Part shown: positions 56,336-64,000 of the stretch, piece by piece
How positions within the stretch are numbered: position 1 is the stretch's first letter
Layout of the letters: each line of letters starts with the position of its first letter
Origin: a virus
Virus record (IMG/VR): IMGVR_UViG_3300043395_002432
Coordinates: 64,001-128,000 of that record
DNA length: 64,000 bases
Direction: 5' to 3' (one strand)
Notes under the pieces: generated by a model
What the model saw: the letters and a program-made list of their open reading frames with translations, nothing else
The model's database searches: none
What the model was told of the DNA's origin: nothing
Translations under genes and position numbers: made by a program

Positions 56336-57679
56336 TTACACCAAGCCAAGGACGAGCAACCACGACGGTGAGCCGTCCGGGCCGAATCCTTCCGGCTCGA
56401 CCTTCTTGCCGGTCACCGACTTCGCAATGCCATCGCCCATTTTCTCAATGGCCGACCATGTCGGCATCTTCATGAAGGGCTTTCCGAAGATGCCCTCCAA
56501 GTACTTGGTGCTGATGCGGGTGTTCGGGCGCGAGGCGAAGTCGACGATGGCCATTGCCGGATTGGCCTCGTCAAAGCGAACGGTCGCTTTCTCCCCTGCC
56601 TGAAGGACGGTGCCGTCCTTCAGCTTCAGCGAGTCCTTCTTCAGGGTCACGGGAATGCCCGTATTCGGCTTACCAGCAGCTTCCTTCAGCGGCTTCCGCA
56701 CCACGGTCTTGTACTTCCAGGGGTAGGCCGCGACGGCAGCCTTCAGCTCTGCCATTGCTGCCTCTACCTTGCGAGGAGATTGGCTCACCCCCATCGCATG
56801 AAAGACGTCCTGAGCCTTCGCAAGCATGGCACCAACGGTCGGGCCTGTCCTCGGAGCATACCCGTTCACCTTGCGCCACGCATCGCCCAGCTTCTCGAGC
56901 GCGAGAACCAGCTCCTCGGAGTCGTCAGCGAACTCGTACCGATCCACCTCGGCTGTCGTCCAAGTGTCCTTCACCCGGTCGTAGGTCGCATAAAGCTGGC
57001 GAATGAGCGACATCAGCTCCCGCTCCTCCTCCTCGGACGGCTCCCCATTGGCACCAATCGCCTCCCAGACCTCTCCGCCATCCTTCAGCGCCGAGTGAAG
57101 CTCGTCCTCCATGTCGTTCTTGAACGCCTGAAGGTTCCCGTCGAAGCCCTGGAACTCCTTCCAGAATTCCCGAGCCATTGCGGGAAGCACGTCCTCCGCC
57201 TCGGAGCCAAAGAATGCCTTGGTGAAGGAATCCAGCGTGTAGCCCTTCGCGTGCGGATTGACCTTCTGCTCACCAAAGGACGCCGTGGAGTCCTTCAGGA
57301 AGGAACGCGCTGCCGTCTCCCCCTTCTTGGTGAGCGAGTAGAGGTCAGGGGCGTTGTCGACCTCGACCCCGTAACGGCCCATGCGATCCCCCGAGCCAGA
57401 GGCGACCTGCTGGGCGTAGCCCTTGTCCTCGAGCGCCCCCAATGCCTGCTCGATCTCAGCGAGGCTCGTCTTCCTCTTGGTGCCACGGTTCATCTCCGCC
57501 TCAATGTCCTCGGGAGAGACCTGCATGCCGCCGCTGTAATCCTGAATGTCCGCCATGATCGCCAGGACGAACATCCACGTCTCAATCCCCTTCCCCTTCG
57601 TGGCCCGGATCAAGCCCTTCAGGGTCGTGTACTGAGGAACCCCCTCCACCAACGCCAACGTCTCAACCAGCCACTTCAT
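56336..57679 (-). CDS. putative internal virion multidomain protein
   Basis: Leader MKWLVETLALVE; wHTH-like first domain; C-terminal VEP.G.GPDG.PSWL..LGLV domain. Confidence 0.6.
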   Translation of the reverse strand: MKWLVETLALVEGVPQYTTLKGLIRATKGKGIETWMFVLAIMADIQDYSGGMQVSPEDIEAEMNRGTKRKTSLAEIEQALGALEDKGYAQQVASGSGDRMGRYGVEVDNAPDLYSLTKKGETAARSFLKDSTASFGEQKVNPHAKGYTLDSFTKAFFGSEAEDVLPAMAREFWKEFQGFDGNLQAFKNDMEDELHSALKDGGEVWEAIGANGEPSEEEERELMSLIRQLYATYDRVKDTWTTAEVDRYEFADDSEELVLALEKLGDAWRKVNGYAPRTGPTVGAMLAKAQDVFHAMGVSQSPRKVEAAMAELKAAVAAYPWKYKTVVRKPLKEAAGKPNTGIPVTLKKDSLKLKDGTVLQAGEKATVRFDEANPAMAIVDFASRPNTRISTKYLEGIFGKPFMKMPTWSAIEKMGDGIAKSVTGKKVEPEGFGPDGSPSWLLVLGLV

Positions 57680-57765
57680 CGCTCACCTCAAGGTGGCGAT
57701 AACACCCACGTTACAGAAGTGACAAGGGACACCACTTGGTGTCCCCGTCGAAGTCGAATTCGTCC

Positions 57766-58500
57766 TCAGTCCCTCAGACCGCCCACCAAGCTCCCCATCT
57801 CCAGAGAGATCCCGAGCTTTGCAAGAAGCCCATGAGCCTTGTCGAGCCGCGTCTCCGCCTCAACAAATTGGATACGGACGTCGTCCAGAGACGTGGCGAA
57901 CCGCGAGACCTCTTGGCGAACCGCCTTGACCCCGTTGGTGAAATTCGCCTCCTCCTCTGTCGCCAGCTTGACAGCCGCATCCGGCTTGCCATTGGCCAGA
58001 CTGTACAGCCTCGGCACGAAATTGAGGGGCTTTACCGTGATGCGTTGCCCGAGCTTCTTCTCGCAGAGGATCTCCAGCCGCGTGTGGGCATCCATGAAGG
58101 CGAGCAGGGTCTTGCGGCTGTCCGCCATGAATTTCTCCGTGTAAGAGGCCGCATCCTTCAATGCGGGGAGGATTCGCTGAACCTCTCGAGCCGCAGCCGA
58201 GAATTGCTCCCGAGCCTCGTTCAACGCCTCGATCTCTTTCGCCAGAACCTCGCTCGCCGCAGGAGAGGAGGATTCCTCGACCCGCCCCTCCACGACCCCC
58301 TCGATCCGCTTCACCGAGTACTTCACGCCGGGGACGTTCTTCTTGGCCCAGGCATGCGCCTCGGCCTCGGTGGCGTAAGCCCCACGCGTCAGCGTCTTGG
58401 TGGCGTGCTGCCACTCCGTCTTGCCGGGAGGGAGAACCACCGTGAAGTAGGCTTCCCCCTCCAGGGCGGTTTCTGCGATCAGTTGTGCGAGCGTCTTCAT
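57766..58500 (-). CDS. putative internal virion protein
   Basis: Leader MKTLAQLIAE. Confidence 0.6.
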   Translation of the reverse strand: MKTLAQLIAETALEGEAYFTVVLPPGKTEWQHATKTLTRGAYATEAEAHAWAKKNVPGVKYSVKRIEGVVEGRVEESSSPAASEVLAKEIEALNEAREQFSAAAREVQRILPALKDAASYTEKFMADSRKTLLAFMDAHTRLEILCEKKLGQRITVKPLNFVPRLYSLANGKPDAAVKLATEEEANFTNGVKAVRQEVSRFATSLDDVRIQFVEAETRLDKAHGLLAKLGISLEMGSLVGGLRD

Positions 58501-58509
58501 GTTGTCTCC

Positions 58510-59052
58510 TTAGGAATCCTTCAGCCTTGCGAGCAAACCGTTCAACACCTCAAGGTGCGCCACGACCTTCGAGAAGGGAACCCGGATTTCCACCAGCCTG
58601 CGCGAGAGCGAGTCCAGCGGCTTCGTCAGCAGCTTCGTTACCGTACCGACACGCTCCGCATCCCCAAGAGCTTCCGAGACCTTCTCGACGTCCGCCCCCT
58701 GAAGGAGTAACTCCATCGCCCGGACGAGATGCTCGAAGGGCTTGGTCGAGATCTCCACCCCATAGGGCTTGCACGCCATGATCGCCTCGTCACGGACGTC
58801 CAGAAACGCCTGGATCGTACTCTTCGCGTTGCGAGCGAAGGCAGGATTCCGAGTCGAAGGCGCAGTCCGAATTTCCAAGATCAGATCGCGGAGCGTCTTC
58901 GACTTGGCCCACGCCTCCTCGTAGAGGCTCTCAAACAGCTTGACCTCCCCCTCCAAGAACGCACTCGCATCCTCGATCTTCTTAGGGCTTAGCGGGGTCA
59001 ACAGATCGTCAAGGGGCGTCGACTCCACCAAGACTTGCGCGAGCTTCTTCAT
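58510..59052 (-). CDS. putative internal virion protein
   Basis: Leader MKKLAQVLVE. Confidence 0.6.
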   Translation of the reverse strand: MKKLAQVLVESTPLDDLLTPLSPKKIEDASAFLEGEVKLFESLYEEAWAKSKTLRDLILEIRTAPSTRNPAFARNAKSTIQAFLDVRDEAIMACKPYGVEISTKPFEHLVRAMELLLQGADVEKVSEALGDAERVGTVTKLLTKPLDSLSRRLVEIRVPFSKVVAHLEVLNGLLARLKDS

Positions 59053-59099
59053 GTCGGGTTCTCCTCGGGTGGAACTCAAAGCGATACTCTCGCTTTGAG

Positions 59100-59384
59100 T
59101 CAAGCGTATCTGCTCTCGGGCCAAATGTCATTGGTGCTGACCTTGACATCCTCACCCGTCACCGTGGCAAGGACACCACCCCTCCGAAGAAGGGAAGCGA
59201 TCCGCTTCGCGTCCGCATTCGAATTCGTTTGCAAGACGACCTCCCCAGGGGCGTCCACCCAGGTGAACCTGATCCCCGAGACCTCGATCTCAGCACCAAA
59301 TCTGCCGAACTCGAACCCGAGGACGGCACCAATGGCCTTGTAGGCGTCAGCGGGCGTATGCAAGACCTTCAGCAGTGCGCGCAT
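59100..59384 (-). CDS. hypothetical protein
   Basis: 94 aa, GGAGG RBS. Confidence 0.55.
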   Translation of the reverse strand: MRALLKVLHTPADAYKAIGAVLGFEFGRFGAEIEVSGIRFTWVDAPGEVVLQTNSNADAKRIASLLRRGGVLATVTGEDVKVSTNDIWPESRYA

Positions 59385-59410
59385 TCGAATCCTCCCATAA
59401 CGATGTCGAA

Positions 59411-60169
59411 TTAAAGAGGAGTCACGTCCACGTGACCCTTCTCACCAACGCTAACCTCGAATTTACCACGACCGAATTTGGCATCGATGGCACCCTGCAC
59501 CTCCTTGGTGATCGGATTGACGTAGTCCGCACGCCAGCCATCCTCGTCCCAATCGCCGCCATCTTGGCCCTTCTCCCAAAAGTGATCGAGCCGCTTGCGC
59601 CATTCGTATGCGATCCGCCAATTCCCCCATTCGGCGTCCCAACGCACCTCTTCCACTCGCCCCCCGGTCTTGGTGGTCAAGCCTCGAAGGAATGGGGCAA
59701 CCGAAGCAGGCTCCTTCCCCTCATGGATCTCATCTTCCTCTACGACCTTGAGGGCGCGCAGGACGGAGGGGCGCAGGATCTTGAGCGCTGCCGAGACCTC
59801 CTCCGCTGCGAGCTTCTCAGCCGACGCTGTGGGAATTCCCTTGCGCTTGAGCTTCGTCACCTCCAAGAGGGTCGACCGCAGGCGCACCAAGAAGGCAAAT
59901 TCCCTCCGCACGTCAGGAAACTCCGAGACGAGCGATCCCGCGACCTTCGGCAAGCTCCCCATGCCAGAGAATTCCCACTCACCCTGGAGCTTCAGGAGCG
60001 CGTCACCAAGATCCGTGATCGCAATGGCCGCTTCCGAGTGACGAACGCCACTCCTCAACGCCCGCTCCGCTTCCGAAAGCAGATCCAGAATCCTCCTCGA
60101 CATCTTCCGCAGAGAAGCCGAAGAAGAGCCGTACCCCTGCTCATTCAGTGCCGCTACGAGACCACGCAT
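59411..60169 (-). CDS. putative internal virion protein
   Basis: Leader MRGLVAALNE; C-terminal domain paralogous to that of the next gene. Confidence 0.6.
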   Translation of the reverse strand: MRGLVAALNEQGYGSSSASLRKMSRRILDLLSEAERALRSGVRHSEAAIAITDLGDALLKLQGEWEFSGMGSLPKVAGSLVSEFPDVRREFAFLVRLRSTLLEVTKLKRKGIPTASAEKLAAEEVSAALKILRPSVLRALKVVEEDEIHEGKEPASVAPFLRGLTTKTGGRVEEVRWDAEWGNWRIAYEWRKRLDHFWEKGQDGGDWDEDGWRADYVNPITKEVQGAIDAKFGRGKFEVSVGEKGHVDVTPL

Positions 60170-60179
60170 GTCACCCTCC

Positions 60180-61298
60180 TTAGCTCAAAAGGGCCGCGAG
60201 AGACTTCACCCGCGACTCCACGATCTTCTGTAAACCCTTGTTGGTGCGGTAGACCCCGACGTAGCCCTTGTCGTCGATCTCGACATCGAACAAGTCAGCA
60301 CCAAACTCACCCTCGAGGCGAGCAACGATCTCGTCCCGAAGGGGAGAGGCGTAGTCCTCATCCCACCCCTCAGAGTCCCACCCATCTTCGTCGTCTTCGC
60401 TCGAACCGTAGTGATCCAGACGCTCCCGATTCTCTGGCTCCGCAAGCCATTCAGCACCAGTCCATTCTGGACGCTTGAGTCGACCTGCCGTCTTGGTGCG
60501 AAGGCCCGAGAGGAATCGAGTGACCTCGTCCACGCTGAAGTTCCCGGCAGCCTTCTTCTCCGCCTCCGCCTTCTCGGCAGCAGCCTTCTCGGCCCTGATC
60601 CGCTCCTCGCGCTCCCTTGCCGCCGCCATATCTTTGTCGTAGGAGGACAAGCGCCGCGTGAGTTCGGCTGCCTTCGCCTTGATGTCGTCTGAACTTAATC
60701 CGGCGACGAACCTGCGTTTACGGTCGTAGACCTTGAGTAGCCCTTCCTCTTCGACGGAAAGATCGTCTCCATTAATGGAGCTGTCCACGTCACGAAATTT
60801 CAGGAGGCTTTCTACACCAAGCCTCGCTGTGACCAAGTTGGTGTCTCCCGTCCCCAGATCGCTTCCACTCGATAAACGCCCAGAATTAAGCAATGTCAAG
60901 GATGCTGTCTTGATCCCGACTTTCTTCTGTGTCTTGGTGATGTGCTTCGCTAAGTCAGGGATACGAGCAGTCCTCCTTCCGTTCGAGAGCTTGCCTGCAT
61001 CGAGCAGCGCGCATATCACCTCAAAGTCGGCATCAATGGCGAAGATGTTGGATTTATCCAACCCCTTGGTGACGAGCTTGTAGCAGTCCGTCAAGAAGCC
61101 CGACTTTGGACGCAACTCCACGTCCCTCTTCTCGAGGCTCGCATCCCGCAGAGTCTTCAAGCGCAGCATTTCCTTGAAGCCCACCTTCTGCGCCCAAGCC
61201 GAGGTATCGAAGTATGCAACCGCCAGAGCTTGCTTCTCGTAAGCACGACGCTGGGCATCCGATAACTTGGCTTCCAGTAGTTCACCGATGGTCCTCAT
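60180..61298 (-). CDS. putative internal virion protein
   Basis: Leader MRTIGELLE; shared C-terminal domain. Confidence 0.6.
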   Translation of the reverse strand: MRTIGELLEAKLSDAQRRAYEKQALAVAYFDTSAWAQKVGFKEMLRLKTLRDASLEKRDVELRPKSGFLTDCYKLVTKGLDKSNIFAIDADFEVICALLDAGKLSNGRRTARIPDLAKHITKTQKKVGIKTASLTLLNSGRLSSGSDLGTGDTNLVTARLGVESLLKFRDVDSSINGDDLSVEEEGLLKVYDRKRRFVAGLSSDDIKAKAAELTRRLSSYDKDMAAAREREERIRAEKAAAEKAEAEKKAAGNFSVDEVTRFLSGLRTKTAGRLKRPEWTGAEWLAEPENRERLDHYGSSEDDEDGWDSEGWDEDYASPLRDEIVARLEGEFGADLFDVEIDDKGYVGVYRTNKGLQKIVESRVKSLAALLS

Positions 61299-61360
61299 GG
61301 CTCTCTCCCTCTTGGTGGCTTTAGTCGAGGATGTCGGCGCGGGCAACGAATTCGAATTCG

Positions 61361-61831
61361 TCAAACGAGATCAGCGTAGAGAGCTTCTCGCTGCTCTTTG
61401 GTGCCGTACATGTGGACGAACTCGTCAATGGTCAGATCTGACCTACGTCCGAGACCCTCGACCCGCATGCGGTACGTCATGGGGTCGATCTTCCTTGCCT
61501 TCGGGCAGCGAATGACCATGTCGACCGCCGTAGCGATCTGCGCCTCTGTTGGATTCCGACCGAAGCGAATGTTGTAGGCGTTGGTGACACGCGCCCACCC
61601 CTGAAGGTAGAGGAAGGCATCTGCTGGCCCTCCATGCTTGCGGTACGCCTCTCCGTCCGCATGCTTCCCGCGTAGGTACCGCTCGGCCCACTCGTTATGC
61701 ACCTCCCCACCAAGAGAGACCCACTCCCCAGACGGCTTGAGCCAAGCCGCCGAGGTGTAGTGAGGCGTGCAAGCATGAGCGATCTCCCACTCCGCGAAGG
61801 CTTCGCTCAAGACTTGGTGCAAGAGGCGCAT
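61361..61831 (-). CDS. putative internal virion protein
   Basis: Leader MRLLHQVLSE; WL.P.G.....H...A...L..GW.RV motif. Confidence 0.6.
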   Translation of the reverse strand: MRLLHQVLSEAFAEWEIAHACTPHYTSAAWLKPSGEWVSLGGEVHNEWAERYLRGKHADGEAYRKHGGPADAFLYLQGWARVTNAYNIRFGRNPTEAQIATAVDMVIRCPKARKIDPMTYRMRVEGLGRRSDLTIDEFVHMYGTKEQREALYADLV

Positions 61832-61835
61832 GGGA

Positions 61836-62816
61836 TCAGTGGGTACGGACTTCGTACTTGCCGATCTTGAGGTAGACGCTCAGGCTCAGCCCCTTGATCT
61901 GCTCGTCCATGTAAATCACATACCCATCGGGCCGAGGATCAACAGACGAGATCGTGACGTCCATCTCGTCCTTCGCGCCATACCCGAGCTTGCTCTTGAG
62001 GTGCTTCTCAGCCAGCGTCATGGCCATGTCCTGCATGGCCTTCATGAAGGGGGCGTCAATCGGGATCGTGCCAGAGCTGACCTCGTCCGACCCCTCCTGC
62101 ATCTGCGACGCAGGCGTCCCGCGCTTCTCAGGCTCGGAGGGATCGCGGTACTGATACTGGTTGCCGACCGCAACGCGCTTCAGCCCGGTCAGGATCTTCA
62201 CCTTGCCATCTTCACCAGCGATCAGGTGGGCAACGACATGCTCGTCAGCGCCCCGCTCTGACGCCTCGAACGTGGCGACCGCGTCGTAGATGAGCTGGGT
62301 GACCTTAGACACCACGCCGCTCCCGAGATCGATCTTCTTCCCGAGCTTCTTGTACGCATCGCGGATCGCCTTCTCAACATTGGGCCAGCTTTCCGACGCC
62401 TTATCCTTCGGGAAGAGGGTCACCTCTCCGTAAAGGTTCTTCTTGGCGTCGCTCACTACGATGAGCTTGGCGTTGTACGCCTTGCCGTCCTCGAGATCGA
62501 AGTTCAGCATGACGTTCAGATCCGGCCCCTGGCCCGGAGCGAGCTTCGCCTCATTCAAGCCCTCGCGGATCGTGCGCCGGTCGACGACCTTGGGCTTCCC
62601 GCCGTTGGAGGGATGCTTCAAGGTGCGAGCGGCTGCCAGGGGAGCGCCCCCGTCGTCGGGGAAGAAGGCTCGGTCGCCGTTGCTCAAGGTGCGCCACACC
62701 CCGACCTTGCCTTCGTACTCCCACTTGCCGTCCCCAAGCTCCTTCGAGCGGGCCTCATCCACCACCTTGCAGCCACAGTCGCTCTCTGACAGCAAGGACG
62801 CAATCGACTTCGCCAT
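61836..62816 (-). CDS. putative internal virion multidomain protein
   Basis: Leader MAKSIASLLSE; internal LNE, FE and MQE junctions. Confidence 0.6.
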   Translation of the reverse strand: MAKSIASLLSESDCGCKVVDEARSKELGDGKWEYEGKVGVWRTLSNGDRAFFPDDGGAPLAAARTLKHPSNGGKPKVVDRRTIREGLNEAKLAPGQGPDLNVMLNFDLEDGKAYNAKLIVVSDAKKNLYGEVTLFPKDKASESWPNVEKAIRDAYKKLGKKIDLGSGVVSKVTQLIYDAVATFEASERGADEHVVAHLIAGEDGKVKILTGLKRVAVGNQYQYRDPSEPEKRGTPASQMQEGSDEVSSGTIPIDAPFMKAMQDMAMTLAEKHLKSKLGYGAKDEMDVTISSVDPRPDGYVIYMDEQIKGLSLSVYLKIGKYEVRTH

Positions 62817-62839
62817 TGTCTACTCCTTCTCTGGGAGCC

Positions 62840-63064
62840 TTAGACTGGAGAAGGCTTTGCAGCAACCCTTCGAAAGAAGTCCGTCAATTCACGCATGCGA
62901 TGAATCCCTTTCAGCTCTGTGAGTGAGGGGATCTTGCATTCCGCGTGTGCCAAGATGCCAGAAGCACCAAGGATCATGTACTCAAGCCCGCTTTGGTGCA
63001 GGTAGAGCTTCATGGGGACGACGGCGGCGTCCTCAGAGTGAAAGCGCCACGCCTCAAGGCTCAC
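62840..63064 (-). CDS. hypothetical protein
   Basis: 74 aa, GTGA overlap. Confidence 0.5.
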   Translation of the reverse strand: MSLEAWRFHSEDAAVVPMKLYLHQSGLEYMILGASGILAHAECKIPSLTELKGIHRMRELTDFFRRVAAKPSPV

Positions 63065-63330
63065 TTCAACGCCTCTTGCATGACTTGCTCGACGTTCGGA
63101 AAGATCCCCAGGCAGCCCGGAGTGGAAGCGAGGATCTTGGCGAGCGTATCAGAGAACGTGTAGCGTGCGCTTAGCTCCGGGCTAAGCACCAGAATCCGAG
63201 AGCGCAGGGGGTCGTAGCGCACGACGCCCCCAGCACGAACCTTCTCGCGGATCTTCTCAACGACGGCAGCCGAATCACGCATGTCTTTTCCCTCCGCAGC
63301 TAAAGTAGCGTGTCCGACCGCCCCTTGCAT
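63061..63330 (-). CDS. hypothetical protein
   Basis: 89 aa; start uncertain. Confidence 0.5.
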   Translation of the reverse strand: MQGAVGHATLAAEGKDMRDSAAVVEKIREKVRAGGVVRYDPLRSRILVLSPELSARYTFSDTLAKILASTPGCLGIFPNVEQVMQEALK

Positions 63331-64000
63331 CAGAGACGAGGATCGAGGCTTCCGTCGTCAAGCGAGTGCAGCCGCAGACACGCCTCGGCGCAAGCGTACC
63401 GATCCCCCTCGTACCAAGCCTTGAGCGCCTTCTCGGCCATCCGGGTCTCGTTCGACGCCTGAGCCATCTTGCGGCCCACGGAGCGGTTCTGAAGCCGCCC
63501 CAGGTAGTCAGGGTACTCGGGGCCGTAGATCAGCCTGAGGTACTCAGGACGCCGCACCTTGATCGCTGGCGCAATCGAATTCGTTTCCAGCCCCTGCATG
63601 ACCTTGAGATCCGCCTCCGCCGTAGAGCGACGCTGCCTCATCGAGGGCATGGGCTTGACGACGAAGCCCTCCAGATCGGGGGCAGCGGAGAGGAGGAAAC
63701 GCCCCTCAACGAAGCTGCGGGCGACCAATTTCCGCCCAAAGGGTTGATCCAGCCACACCGTGTAGTCGGAGATCCCTCGAATCGCTCCTTCGTCTCCCAA
63801 GAGGCACGCAAGCTCCTCTCGGAAGGTGCGATCAGGATCTCCGATCATGAGGCTCTTTCGGGCCTTATCGAGCGCCGGAGTGCGGACGTTCCACACCCTG
63901 TAGTGAACCTCCGAGGAAGCCCCGAAGATGTTGAGCTGGTTGCGGTAGGCTACAAGGTGCTTCAAGCGCCGCTCCTCGTAGAGATCGGGCCGATGCTTCT
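63330..64000 (-). CDS. Pnkp-like RNA ligase C-terminal domain, truncated at window end
   Basis: EGFVVKP, PAIKVR..EYLRLIYGPEY, RL..R....K...A..E and terminal DPRL match the bacterial Pnkp C-terminus; frame open to 64000. Confidence 0.85.
   Translation of the reverse strand, partial: KHRPDLYEERRLKHLVAYRNQLNIFGASSEVHYRVWNVRTPALDKARKSLMIGDPDRTFREELACLLGDEGAIRGISDYTVWLDQPFGRKLVARSFVEGRFLLSAAPDLEGFVVKPMPSMRQRRSTAEADLKVMQGLETNSIAPAIKVRRPEYLRLIYGPEYPDYLGRLQNRSVGRKMAQASNETRMAEKALKAWYEGDRYACAEACLRLHSLDDGSLDPRL

Larger units (their letters stand above)
1860..63583. repeat. dispersed 14-bp palindrome CG[AC]A[GT]TCGA[AC]T[GT]CG, about 40 copies
   Basis: Copies start at 1860, 4317, 4999, 7717, 8590, 9890, 11477, 13926, 15909, 19190, 21628, 24853, 28424, 29656, 30675, 32155, 33429, 35155, 36396, 37134, 39815, 40817, 42193, 43853, 45239, 46326, 48173, 49747, 52934, 54644, 55235, 56315, 57749, 59214, 61347; near-matches at 6759, 18120, 20142, 23082, 26846, 32642, 49270, 63570. 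Confidence 0.95.

Noticed and set aside
294-62922. Many long + strand ORFs (e.g. 1469-3124, 12178-13878, 14397-16184, 30670-32115)
   Set aside because: Antisense shadows of GC-rich minus-strand genes; Arg/His/Pro-rich with no recognisable motifs.
1860-63583. 14-bp palindrome as a Gram-positive LexA box (CGAAC-N4-GTTCG)
   Set aside because: Same length and outer bases, but positions 5/10 are never C/G, the centre TCGA is invariant, and most copies are not at promoters.
1-64000. tRNA/rRNA genes, integrase, reverse transcriptase/DGR, alternative genetic code
   Set aside because: No cloverleaf or relevant protein motifs recognised by eye; genes are intact under code 11 and use TGA, TAA and TAG stops.

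Overview
The whole window is part of a large, high-GC, T4-like myophage genome (possibly a jumbo phage) with essentially all genes on the minus strand. From left to right it carries: a truncated 2H-phosphoesterase; a tail/neck/head module (tube, sheath, neck, major capsid, prohead protease-scaffold, core, portal); ParB-like protein, DNA methyltransferase and terminase; fibre-like proteins; a recombination/replication module (RuvC-like, Hjc-like, RecA, SF2 helicase, gp32-like SSB, DnaG, second MTase); about 10 kb of small early-type ORFs including a paralog array; an intein-containing class II ribonucleotide reductase; an AEP primase-polymerase; a YycJ-like MBL hydrolase; a cluster of putative capsid-packaged proteins; and a truncated Pnkp-like RNA ligase. 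Four non-coding layers are superimposed on the genes. (1) A 14-bp palindrome, CG[AC]A[GT]TCGA[AC]T[GT]CG, occurs about 40 times at fairly even ~1.5-kb spacing and often abuts stop codons. (2) A 62-bp bipartite element with fixed spacing occurs six times at three loci, one directly upstream of the primase-polymerase gene, and sampled lines to its left show strong A+C skew. (3) The heptamer CACCAAG is strongly over-represented. (4) A promoter class has 11-bp-period TGAC repeats and a 20-21 bp spacer. A candidate -1 frameshift was also found in the prohead core gene. All functional calls come from motif recognition by eye; no searches were run and the host is not determined.
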